From Setoptus koraiensis (lineage: Eukaryota; Animalia; Arthropoda), in assembly GCA_048013815.1 (NCBI GenBank), contig CM106586.1, forward strand, positions 14,508,001 to 14,572,000: DNA of 64,000 nucleotides, written 5' to 3'. Of the stretch, positions 23,483-35,051 are shown piece after piece. The position numbers were made by a program, and so were the translations under genes. Below the pieces are notes generated by a model, which did not search any database, was not told where the DNA came from, and saw only the letters and a list, made by a program, of their open reading frames with translations. Each line of letters begins with the position of its first letter. The stretch's first letter is position 1.

Positions 23483-25657
23483 TATTGAACAGGATCGAAA
23501 ATCGGACATTACTCCTCACGTTGATAGCAATCTTTATTACCAGTGACTATATAAAATGTGACTCAGATAAACATCAAAGTACATATCCTCATTTATGTAT
23601 CCACAGAAAAAAAGATATATTTGTACTGATCATATATTTCATCGTGAATATAGTTATATAAATGAACATACTGAAATAAATATTTTTTCATCATTCGTAA
23701 GATGTTGTAGCTTGCCTAAACTCTATGAGCCTAGAGTGCGAAGCTGAGAGGATCTTCACTATTAAGAAAGTTATCGTTTATCTAACTCCGAATTCGTAAT
23801 AACTTGCACACTCACATTCTCTACCATGTGAACCGAAAGTTTCTCTTTAGTAATCAATTCGAGAACCGACGCACTGTTGCCCAAATATGATCAGTCATCA
23901 TAATTACCCAATACAATCTTATATACCAAGAGGGGTGTGGTGTTCTTATTTTCGCCCCATGTCGAGCAAGAGAAAGATGAGACATAAGCATCTTCGAAGC
24001 TGCATACATCAGCAGATATGCTACATAAAATTAGCCGTAACGAACTAAAAACACTATACCTGTACAGATAGAAATGCGAATGAATTTGCGTCGAGCTGTT
24101 TGGTCAGAGGAGTCGAATACTAAACATACATGTACAATTACTTTACAACGTAATAGTAATGATGATATCACCGAATGTTGGATACGACTGATGAGGTGTT
24201 TTTTCGATGAAGTTTTGCTAAGATCTTCTTGTTGAAATATCTAGCAATTATCAGCTAACCTGTAAAATTGTAACATATTTGTTGAAAAAAAATTCTTGAC
24301 TCTCACTAGTGAAATATCAAGCGGAAGAGCTGCGGTCATGCAACGGTACGATATAGAGGATAAGTTGGATCTAGGTCAAAATAATCTATTCACCGGGTGT
24401 GAACTATCTGTTCGAATGGATACATTTCAACTGATGCTCAAATGGGGCATCGGTAAGAAAACTACGGTTCGAAAATAATTTACACCAAGTTGAAATTGTT
24501 GTAATCGTGCCGGATTTCGAGTTATTCAAGAGGGTTTAGTTCCTATCGATACAAACAAAAATTGCCCCAACGATCGCACACAGCTATTAGACTATCTCTT
24601 CTCCCTGTGAGCAGTTATCAGACTCATGAGTTATGTCAGCTCAACCGGACATGCGAGACTCAAGACGTGAGTGCTGAAAATCTGTCATGTTAGATTGATC
24701 TTTGAGTTGACCTTCATTGACTATTACTGAGATATTGCTTTTAGAAAACTAAAATACCTCAGAATACCTCAATCAATAGTTGGAAATGTTGGCAATGAGA
24801 TGTCGAATGAATGCATAAGTCTAAAGAGAGAGCTCATAGAATATTAGATCTTGGTCGAGCGTGTTCAAATGAGCAAGCGGGCGAAAGAGATCCCATAATG
24901 TAGTAGATAATGATTTGTATCGTTGGATATCGTCTTCTCTGTCTTGTCTCGATAATTGACACACGTTGTATATGCTGCCATCATTTTAGCTATCACTGGG
25001 GATAGTTGAAGTGCTATTAATAAGATGGAACAAGTTCAACAGTTGTTTGATGCCGTCAATCGAGACGGAATTGATTGATAATTTACATGGAGTAGTAGTG
25101 AGATTAACACTGTTAAAAGAAAAAGTGTGAGGGAAAAAGAGGCTGATAAGCTTATTGTCAATTTTGTAAAGCTTATTATAGAGTAAAGCGACATGATGCG
25201 GAATTCGCAAGTAATTATTATTCAATAGTTTCACTCAAGCCTGTATATGGGGCTATATAGTAACGTTTGGACTAATAGCAACGACTGAGATGGATAAGCT
25301 TGCAGTCTTGTAGTACCTCAATAATACCCCAAGATTCATTACAACGTTGCTTTGTAGCGCCTTGATCTACAGTTATGGAACTGATACGGAATGTCTCTAT
25401 GGATTGTTGTTCCTCGTTGCTTTCTAAAACCTAATTCTCTCCGTACAATAATCACCATGTATATCATATATATCATGTATATCACCAAGTGAATCACCAT
25501 TGATGTCATTTATCTACGGAAAATACAACTTATGTCTCATTCATCAAACATTATCTAGTGATGGTATCAATATTTTCTTTCTTCATTGCATAACAGATCA
25601 TCCACGCCACATATTCAACAAGAATATATTCTACTCATATTAATAATAATAATATGT

Positions 25658-25659
<2 letters not shown>

Positions 25660-25701
<42 letters not shown>

Positions 25702-25705
25702 TAGA
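25660..25705. repeat. (GA)n microsatellite
   Basis: Visible directly in the sequence. Confidence 0.9.
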
Positions 25706-26004
25706 GAAAAAAAGAAAGAAACTATTGATATGGAGATCATGATCGTTTAGACAACACTTTTGTGTTTTTATCATCCGAGTTATATCTGATTTATCTTCAC
25801 TTATTGGCCAACAGCATTCGATTTGGTTACTGTAGTCTTGACAAATCAATTGTTTGTGCAAGATAATAAAAGATAAAATATATAATTTACAATGGCTCTC
25901 TAGGACACATTAAAAATTATGCCATGGCCATTTATATCTGACAGCATTGAAGCAAGAAATTATAACGCAATCAGATATTCATCGATCCCATGACATACTG
26001 ATAA

Positions 26005-29000
26005 ATGGCAAATAGTTTTTATGACGTTACGTCTAAAACACTAGGCAGGGGTCATTATGGACTAGTCAAGTTGGCAAAACATTCTTTGACAGGTTAGTTG
26101 TTTTATTGTTCTATCGTAACATTCAAATATCTAAACTGGACAGGATCAACTTAAATTGAAAAATTATTTTTTTTCTTTTCTTCTTTGGATAGGTGAACCA
26201 GTTGCAATAAAGATAATTGAAAAAATTAGATTGGACAGGGATAGTCTATGTCAGCTAGGAACGGAAATATGTATACTCTTTAGGCTATCGGAATACGAGC
26301 ATCCAAATATTTTAAAATTGTATCAGGTTATTGATACTAAATCAAAGCTACATTTGATCACCGAATATTGTGGCTCAAATGCTTGCGATTTACACGATTA
26401 TATATTCAACAAGTACAAACGAAATGGACTTCCCGAAAGGGAGGCCCAACATATTTTTAAACAAATATGTAGTGCCATAGCCTATTGTCATTCATTGAAT
26501 ATTGTTCATAGGGACTTAAAACCGGAGAACATCTTGGTGACTGACCAAAGGCAGACCATTGGCAATAACTTTTCCGGTTCGCTCATTAAACTGATTGATT
26601 TTGGTTTTGCTAATCACTGGAATCCTGAAGAAAAAATGCGCACCTCATGTGGCACATTGGCGTATTCTGCTCCCGAACTATTACTGGGCGAGATGTATGA
26701 TGGGACAAAAGTGGACATCTGGGGATTAGGCGTTATGTTGTATATCCTTTTATTTGGCAAGAACCCCTTCATGCAAGTGAGTGACAACGAGACTCTAGCT
26801 AGGATTCTAGATTGTTCATTTACGATACCACAAAGAACTGATGTTAGTGAAGATGCCATTAATTTAGTTAGATGCCTGATAAGGAGAAATCCTAGCTCTC
26901 GCTTACTCATGCATCATTTGATCCAACACCCTTGGATGGAACATGGGAATTCACAGTCGTGTTTTACTTTTGATGTCGAGGACCATGATCAAGCCGAAAT
27001 AGCTAGTAATAATTTTCAGAGCTCACATCATTCGCACGAAGCTGAAAGCTATGCGCCCAATAGATTGAGACTGTCCCACTCTTCATCGGCCGTTGCCGGA
27101 TCCAGTGGACAACAACATCTACCAATGAAGAGGCATTTGGCAAAAGGAAGAAAAAAAGTTGCGACCCCATTGGCTGCTGATAATGAAAAAAGCTCTAGTG
27201 ATAAGATAGATGAAGACGAATGTAGTTCAACTAGCTCGCCTCTCAATAGATCAAGATCATTCTCTGGCGGCGAAAAGCAAACCGTCGAGTCATCGTCGCC
27301 TGTATCCAACGGTAGTGCCTGCAGTTACAACCTTGATAGATCTCAAAACACGCCAAGGTGTAGCAATGCCAAATCAACATCACCCGATGTTATCAGGGGT
27401 CTGTTGGATCAAGAAGAAGAATATATACATGATTATATAGTTAACGAGATACTATCGCTAGGTTGCCTCTGCGAATCCAGAGAATCAATGGAGCAATCGT
27501 TGAGGAATGCAAAATTTTCAAATAGGCGATTCTTCAACAGTTCAATAGTGAAAGAAGTTTCTGGGGTTCGAATCTCAAGAATGAAAAGCTCACCGGATTG
27601 CACCAAATTAACAAAAAGTCTCCCACGCACTAGGTCTGAGTTATTCAATAAATTCAACGACGAGTATATCAATGCCACATATCAATTGATGAGGGATCGT
27701 ATACGTAAAGACATTCATGAAATAAAGCACAATCTTGGCGCTCAATCGTGCGATTCACTGAATGCTGAATTCGGTGGTGAGCCATCACACAAGAGAAAAT
27801 CGTCATTTTTTGGAACAAATTCAAGCAACAGCATGCTTAGTGGAGGAATAGTGAGATCATCAACGGAAAGATTTGATGCCCGACATTCTATGAATGAAAA
27901 CAGTGGTCTCAAATCTAAACAACGGCAACAGCAAAGAATTTTGGGAATGAGACTGCTGCAACCTCAAAACAAACTTAAAGACAAATTTACGCAATTCTTT
28001 CGGGGTGGCTCACTAACAAGCGGCCATGACAACGAATTAGGCGAGCAATATTACAGTAGTAGTGTCAACATTGAACCGGAAGATAGTCAAACATTGAGGA
28101 CACTAGATAGTGATCAAAACGAGTTGAGTTGCGCCGATTCTAAGCGCGCCAGTAGGAACATTTTCAAGTATGGCACCAAAAAACAACAAGCTAAACCCGT
28201 TAGAAACAGGGACCAAGATCCTGCTGGCATGGGCGAACCTAGTCGTCCCTCGAAGACTCACGATTGGAAGATACTTAAAACACCCAACAGGTGCCAGGAA
28301 TGTAATTTATATGTCTATTTCAATGGTTGCGAGTGCAATTTGTGCGGCTTTGTTGCCCACAAGAAATGCGTAACGTCGCTTGTGATCAAGTGTAGCGGTC
28401 ATAAAGTGTCCGCTCGTCAAAGAGTTGCTGCTCCTATATTTGGCCAACCGCTCAAAGTTCAAGTGATTGATTTCGTCAAAAGATTTGTCCAAGATATAGA
28501 CACAAGAGGACTTAGGCTCAAAGGAATCTATCGGGTATCATCGGTCAAATCTAAAGTGGATAAACTATGCTCTAGCTACGATCAAAATGCTTACTTGGTT
28601 GATTTGTCCTCGTTTCATCCTAATATTGTGGCCAATGCCCTCAAGTTATATCTCAGACAGCTTCCTGAACCTTTATTAACATTCAAACTATATCCATTAT
28701 TTGTCGCTATAGCCAAAAAATATCCAGCAACCTCACAGCAAACGAAATCTTCTTCTGTTGACAGCACATCATCGAACACAGACCCTCTTTTGATAATAGA
28801 AATGCGTCAAGTTGTTGAGCTACTGCCAAGTTTGAACAAGGAAATAGTGTCTATCATTATGAGACACCTCAAAAGGGTTGCCGATATGGCACACGAGAAT
28901 CAAATGACTGCCTCAAATCTGTCGATAGTGTTTGGGCCAACCTTGTTAAATTCCAACGATTCAAACACATTTGTTGATACTGTTCATCAATCTAGAGTTG

Positions 29001-29146
29001 TGGAATTGCTTATCAATAGTGTTGAACAAATATTTCTACAATGCACCACTTTTAAATCTACAGCTGTCATGAGATTAAATTTAAGCGAAATGAGGAGACA
29101 ATTCTTTGTGTCTTCTACTGCAGTAGGCCCCGAACAGGATCGTTGA
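26005..29146 (+). CDS. SNRK: SNRK-type Ser/Thr kinase fused to C1 + RhoGAP domains, about 1013 aa (exons 26005-26092 and 26193-29146)
   Basis: Exon 1 reads MANSFYDVTSKTLGRGHYGLVKLAKHSLT|G and splices in phase into EPVAIK. Kinase motifs HRDLKPEN, DFG and CGTLAYSAPE are present. An SNRK UBA-like INATYQLMRDRI follows. Then come C1 (HDW..C..C..C..C..H..C..C, about 28258-28395) and RhoGAP (IFGQPL, GIYRVS, ANALKLYLRQLPEPL, NQMTASNLSIVFGPTL). Confidence 0.9.
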
Positions 29147-29550
29147 ACTATATTGATACGCTACCAAACAAATTGATTGAATTATTAGTAATTGTAAGCG
29201 TCAGTGTGTATATGAGAAAAATCAACCGTCTGTCTGAAATTTCGGTCATCATAAGATATCAAGTCTTGCTAGGAAAGAATAAATGCAGAATCTGCTTGGA
29301 AATGCTGAAGCGGCCTCATTGATGCGCCGGCTATAGTCAGATTACACAGGCTTATTCATCGCCTATAACAATTAAAGGAATAATCTGAGAACCAACTAGC
29401 TCATCACTGGATGTGCGCTTTATGCAAGAAACCTGTCTATTAACTTTGGAGATATTTATGAGATAAAAAAATTGTTGCAGCTTGACTCAAGTTTAAAGGA
29501 TGGGAGATCTTGTTGAGAGACTGTAATTAAGCTATCGAAGCAATATCATA

Positions 29551-31230
29551 TCATGAACCCCTAGATTCACTTTGAACAGATGCTTTCACTGCTATATCCA
29601 TTATCGATGTGGATATCGAATCGTTATGTTTCAAACTTGACGCTTTATGAAGATAGTCGATGGCCTTATCCCAATCAGTTTTGAGGCAATAAAGAAATCC
29701 TAAGGTTGAGTAGGTAGATGCGTTATGCGGTATCAGAGTTAGAGCTTTTTTATGGTATTCTATTGCCTCATCGTACCTCTTTAACCTTCGGAGAGAATGT
29801 CCAATGTTGTTCAATAGAGGTTCCCACTTTTCCTGGAACTTGTCGCCAGAAAACCAGGCTTTCGATGACGTCGTCTTCAGGACGCTGAGGCCTTTATAAG
29901 CTTCCAAAAAACACTCAAGGGCAAGAGAAAAGTTCTTGTTTCTGTAGTGAATGACACCAAATTCGTGCAAAACGAAAGGGTCCTGCGGGGCGACGCTTTT
30001 GGCTTGTGTCAAAAATCTTTCAGCTAATTTGCAATTATCCGAGCGTCCATATTCCACTCCTATGTACAATAATGGTAGATGACAGCCCTTCATCAGATGA
30101 AAGGCCTTGAAGTAGGCAGCCATTGCTTGATCATGCTCCTTCTCAACGGCGAATGAGTGGCCAAAAACAAGCCACGCTGGTCCAAAAACATTATCTAGTG
30201 TAGTGGCTTTACTGAGATATCTTCGGGCTTGTTCTACTTTGTTGATTATTAAATAGTAACACCCAACGGCAAACCAGGATATTGCATTCTCTGGATAAAG
30301 ATCTACAAGCTTGTGCGCTATATCAAACAGTTGGTTGGGTTTGTTAAGTTCCATAAGACAGGATATGTGAACGGGTAAGCATTGAGTATGGTAGACATCC
30401 CTCTCTAGGACTGTTGTCGTTAGTTCAAATGCAGATTGATAATCGCAATTGTAGTAATGGCGTTCGGCTAGGGCTGTCATAACATCTACATTGTTGGACA
30501 AATATTCTAGATCTGAGGGAATTGATATCTGGTAGGGTTTATCATACTTTTTAAATTGTAGCTGATAGAATAATTTCACAAAATCACCCATTTCTGGCTC
30601 AGATTGAAAGTTTTTATCGATGTTGAAACTGTTGAACAACAGCAGCTCCTCTTCACTCGTGAGCATATGATGACATGTAAGGCATGTATAAGCCTCAAAG
30701 CAGAATATATCATGATGTAAAGCTTCCCTGAAACATTTTTCAGCCATCTGACGGTTATCTAAACATTCATAAATTTTACCCTTGAGTAAAGATATCGAAC
30801 CAAGCCATCTGCTTTTATTTTGATTGTATAAAGGTTCCTGTTTGTTCTGTTGCTGGTGATGTCTGTTACTATGTCTTCCAATGAAGGTGGTCTCATTCAA
30901 ATGCCCCTCGCTAGCTGATACAATTGGCAACTCCAATATTTGAAAGGCCTCTCTATAGTCCTTCTCGGCATAGTGACATTTAGCGGCTAGGTACAGACAG
31001 GGCAAACTGGTCATATGAAAGTTTCTCGATTTTATTGTGTGGGCAGCACGATGATACTCCTTTAAATTGTAGAGACATCGTGCTCTTTCGTAAGCGTCGT
31101 TGGCGTCGTTAGTTATGTAAAGAACCTTTTCTGCCCAAAAGGCTGCCGATTCATAATCTTGATTGACTATGAAACACTTCACTAGATCCCTCAGCTTCTC
31201 GGCCATTCCTTTTATATCAGGCTGATTCAT
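29551..31230 (-). CDS. CDC16: Cell division cycle protein 16 / APC6 (TPR subunit of APC/C), single exon, about 559 aa
   Basis: YESAAFWAEKV, ALHHDIFCFEAY, AERHYYNCDY, LVDLYPENAISWFAVGCYY and FGPAWLVFGHSFAVEKEHDQAMAAYFKA. Likely ATG at 31230. Confidence 0.96.
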   Translation of the reverse strand: MNQPDIKGMAEKLRDLVKCFIVNQDYESAAFWAEKVLYITNDANDAYERARCLYNLKEYHRAAHTIKSRNFHMTSLPCLYLAAKCHYAEKDYREAFQILELPIVSASEGHLNETTFIGRHSNRHHQQQNKQEPLYNQNKSRWLGSISLLKGKIYECLDNRQMAEKCFREALHHDIFCFEAYTCLTCHHMLTSEEELLLFNSFNIDKNFQSEPEMGDFVKLFYQLQFKKYDKPYQISIPSDLEYLSNNVDVMTALAERHYYNCDYQSAFELTTTVLERDVYHTQCLPVHISCLMELNKPNQLFDIAHKLVDLYPENAISWFAVGCYYLIINKVEQARRYLSKATTLDNVFGPAWLVFGHSFAVEKEHDQAMAAYFKAFHLMKGCHLPLLYIGVEYGRSDNCKLAERFLTQAKSVAPQDPFVLHEFGVIHYRNKNFSLALECFLEAYKGLSVLKTTSSKAWFSGDKFQEKWEPLLNNIGHSLRRLKRYDEAIEYHKKALTLIPHNASTYSTLGFLYCLKTDWDKAIDYLHKASSLKHNDSISTSIMDIAVKASVQSESRGS

Positions 31231-31600
31231 TGTGTATGTATGAGTAGAGGATGTTTTCAGATATGTCGTGTGAGTGTCCGATTTCACGTGAGATAAAAAC
31301 GGATAGAGTTGGGAAACCTCTAATAAAATTACAAACTAATGCAGCCATTTGTTCCTAGAACCCGTCAGATCTTGGGGCGGGAATTTCAAAAACTTTTTTT
31401 TTCTGTGATGATCTTGCACCAGATGTCTCTGTCCCTAATTCATGTTAATGCACACTCTGTGTTACCATTTTGCACCAAAACCCCTGCTACGCTCAAGTAA
31501 GATCAGAGCACTACGGTTTGTCACTTGCACTACGATATACTGCATATCGAACGTCTGTGTGCTGCGAACTTCTTAATGCAGTGAGTGTCGGTGAATCAAG

Positions 31601-31861
31601 TTAGATCGTAGGGAGGATACGATCGTAGATCTTTTAAACTTTAATAACGAGAAATGTCACGATATTTGTCACGATATTTGTCACGATATTTGTCACAATA
31701 TTGGTCACACTTTTTTTCTCGTCAGCTGAAAATTTTCTTTTTTTTTAGTTTTCTGGAGATTTGGGAGAGTGAGGGAGAACAGGGGAGTATAAAATCGATA
31801 GAACCTTCCCGACCTACGATCTCCCTACCTCAGTCCACCGACTGAGGGAACACCAAGTTTT
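31601..31861 (+). mobile_element. Non-autonomous Helentron-type element (HINE/DINE-1-like), copy A
   Basis: 5' TT then subTIR AGATCGTAGG (31603-31612). Internal 12-bp tandem TGTCACGATATT x4. 3' subTIR CCTACGATCT (31813-31822), hairpin CCTCAGTC-cacc-GACTGAGG (31828-31847) and a terminal T-run. Homologous copies lie at about 44.5 and 44.9 kb. Confidence 0.75.
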
Positions 31862-32656
31862 GAATTGAAATTCGATGAATAGTTGTCGATGAATTGGTAG
31901 CTTCGATGTCGCGAGCGTCGGCGAGCTGTAGGTGAACGGTGTGATTTCAGACTTGTCGACAAAGAATTCGGCACAAAATTGTGTGCGTCATGAGCAAATA
32001 CAGCAACTCACAAAAAGAGTGACTAGTGCGGCGTGTGTCGTGGTGTCGGCTTGTGCAAACATTGTAAAGTTTACACTGTGCAACGTATCCTATTAGCACA
32101 CAACAATGTCTTACATGTGATCTTAGGTGCGCGTCAATAATGCGCCAGCTGTCCGTCATCCAGATTAGCGGCTATGTTGTCCAACAAACAACGACCATAT
32201 TAATATTGTTCTTAATGAATGATAATTAACCAAACTAACCAATTACTGTCACTATATCCTATCGCTAATAAACGCTGATACAACAGATGAACATACATCC
32301 GTTGGGAGGACATGGACAATCTCGATTTACCACTCACACGCAAGCACTCTAACAGTCATCTCAAGACGCCCCACTTGATACACATTTCTTTGGCTTCATG
32401 GTCCAGCCTGAACTAGTCTGCCAATTTATGTATTTATATTTTTTGTAACAATATATTTCAATAATCGGACTAAACTCATCAACAGCCACTGCAACTTCCA
32501 CAGCAATGTCGCCTACCAAAACATAGCAGACTTATGTAAATCGTTTGTGATCGTTTTGTGTGGGCGCAACTATCAGATAATCAACAAAAAATTACTAGAT
32601 AACAAACAATGACATTATTCTCAATCATTCTCACCTACTAAACCAAAACTATCATC

Positions 32657-34074
32657 ATGAGTTTATGCAGCCGTTTGGTGGGATTTGTCCACCTTGTTAG
32701 AAATATTGAAGATTTTGCAGCAACTAGGTCCATATTTACCCTCATATCATTATGTTGCATGGCCAATTTTCTCAACTCCGTCGACAGGATTCTAATGCCC
32801 ATAGCTATTATTCAAATGACAGATAAATACAATTGGAACTTACATCTGCAAGGTTGGATTCTCAGCGCTTTCTCGTGTGGCTTTATAACAAGTCAAATTA
32901 TTGCTTCCCCAGCTGCTAACAAGTTCGGTGGAAAACAAGTGCTGGCATTTGCACTTACTATCTGGTCGCTTGCATCACTTGCTATTCCATTAGTTGCCCA
33001 CAACTTGCTTGCCCTCATATGCACAAGGATCGTCATAGGTATCGTTGAAGGACTTATTTTACCTACAATCTACCACATGTTTGCTCACAGAGTTCCAGCC
33101 AATGAAAGATCCAGGGCATTCGGATATTTAGCAGCCGCAGGTTCTATCAGTCAAGTATTCACAGCACTTCTGAGTCCACATTTACCCTGGAAACTCATGT
33201 TCTATTCCTTGGGTTCATTTGGGTTACTGTGGGTGGCACTCTGGCTTAGATTGTACCCAGCACTGTCTATAACAGAGAGTATTGACCATGTGCCTTTATT
33301 GTATTCTACCCCCAATTTGAAAAGTATTAAGATTTTGCAATTCTTCAATTGTTGGCCGGCTTGGGCCATCTATATTGCATCTTTCTCTCAAAATTGGTCA
33401 AATTACATCATTCTAATTTGGTTACCCACATACCTCTCCAGAAATCTCGGGGCAGATAGACAAAGTATAAGCTTGACCGCTATAGCATACTTCATAAATT
33501 CTATTTGTGGCGTCTGTAAGTATCTATTTCAACGAACGTACCCTACTCTATTAAAGTTTCAAGTTTTTTTTAACCATTCATTTTTTTATCATACTTTTCT
33601 GTAGTTTCTGGACACGTAGCCGATTCAATGATTGCTAGCAAATGGTCTATACTAGCTGTAAGAAGGTGGATGACTGTGATAGGATTGATGGGCCCAGGAA
33701 TATGTCTACTATGTTTTGCATTTTTACACAGCCTAGCATCGGCCATAATTGTCATATCTATCGCGATGGCATTTTGTGCATTCAATTCTGCCGGTCATCT
33801 GTCCAATCATGCAGATATCGCCCCAAATCACGCCGGAATGACATTCGCTATCTCGAATACCATAGCAACCATACCTGGAATATTGTGCGGACCTATAACT
33901 GCCGAGTTAGTTGGTCAGTCACAAGGAAGGTGGTTCCCAGTTTTTGCATTAGCCGCAAGTATTAATTTTGCTGGTGCTGCTATCTATGCATCTCAATCTA
34001 GTGATCGGCCACAGTGGGGACAGGAAATTCCGATAGACTACGCAGGCCCAGAAAGTATTGATCTCAAGTCTTGA
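32657..34074 (+). CDS. SLC17/MFS anion:cation symporter family (sialin/VNUT-like), about 442 aa (exons 32657-33515 and 33605-34074)
   Basis: DRILMPIAI, QGWILSAF..G...SQI, FGGKQVL, GIVEGLILP, WLPTYL and NHADIAPNHAGMTFAISNTIATIPGI. The GT-AG intron 33516-33604 restores the frame (total 1329 nt). Confidence 0.92.
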
Positions 34075-35051
34075 TGATTTCGCTTGATACCATGGCTTTT
34101 CACCCAGCTAATCGAATTGTGATTCTGGGAAATGTTCTGTTCGAAACAACTTTTGAGGGTCTCTTTCGGACAGGACTCACACCAAAGCACAATCCAAACG
34201 AATTTTTGTTCTAATTGTGTAAATAACTGTCTTTAAAGAAACATTGTGTCTCAACCGGCGATGTCTCGGTGTCTGAATCGCAACGGCCATCAACCGATTC
34301 AGTTGGCCAACTCTAATCTCGAATATACTCTTGAAGCGTTGCTGAGCACAGAAAACAAAAGATAATAACAATCATCATCAATGTAAAAAAAGGAAAAGAT
34401 TCAAGTCCGATAGGATGGATTCTCATTATTCGGATCTCTTTAAATTATTATCGATTCAAATCTCGGTCTCTTCTTTCCTACAAAGCTACTCATGATAACA
34501 GATGCTGTAGTTATACAGGCTATACAAGGCTGTACAACAAATGATACATGAGGTGACGTGATATCAGTACTAATCGATACAAAGATGGGTGTCCAATAAA
34601 TGCCAGTTTTTTTGTAATAACTGATTGTTTTTGTTGTCGATCCATTTGTTCGGGGACTTCTTATTTGAATTATACACTCATCGTCAGAATACGATCAAAA
34701 GTTGAATTGAAGTCTTTCCATTCCTTCCGAACAGGCAAGATTAACTGACAAAATACTCGCGATGGTTTGGTTATATCGAGAAATAGATATGATCGACTGG
34801 GTATGAAGTGTTTTGATGCCAATGTTACGTCCTTGACATCATAACAATAAAAACGGTTTCAACAACGATTTCACCATATCATTCAGACAACAATTAAGGC
34901 ATAGTAATGTTTCTAAATATCGAGGGAATAATTCTACAAATTGAACATAGAATGTCCAGCGCGAAGAAAATATTTTTTCATTGCGATTTATTATTTTTCT
35001 ATAAAGATTCTCTGAACGAAGTTTGTCTGTGGTGGATATACAGCAATAGAT

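Noticed and set aside
14420-25000. Idea of stop-codon reassignment or readthrough to explain in-frame TAA/TAG in several remnants
   Set aside because: All intact genes end at normal stops and have no internal ones. The DCAF8-like remnant also has a frameshift (as does the NDUFB8-like one at 46.6-47 kb), which fits decay or assembly error better.
31655-31710. Tandem 12-bp units as a CRISPR-like array
   Set aside because: No spacers and the context is eukaryotic; it is the VNTR of the HINE-like element.
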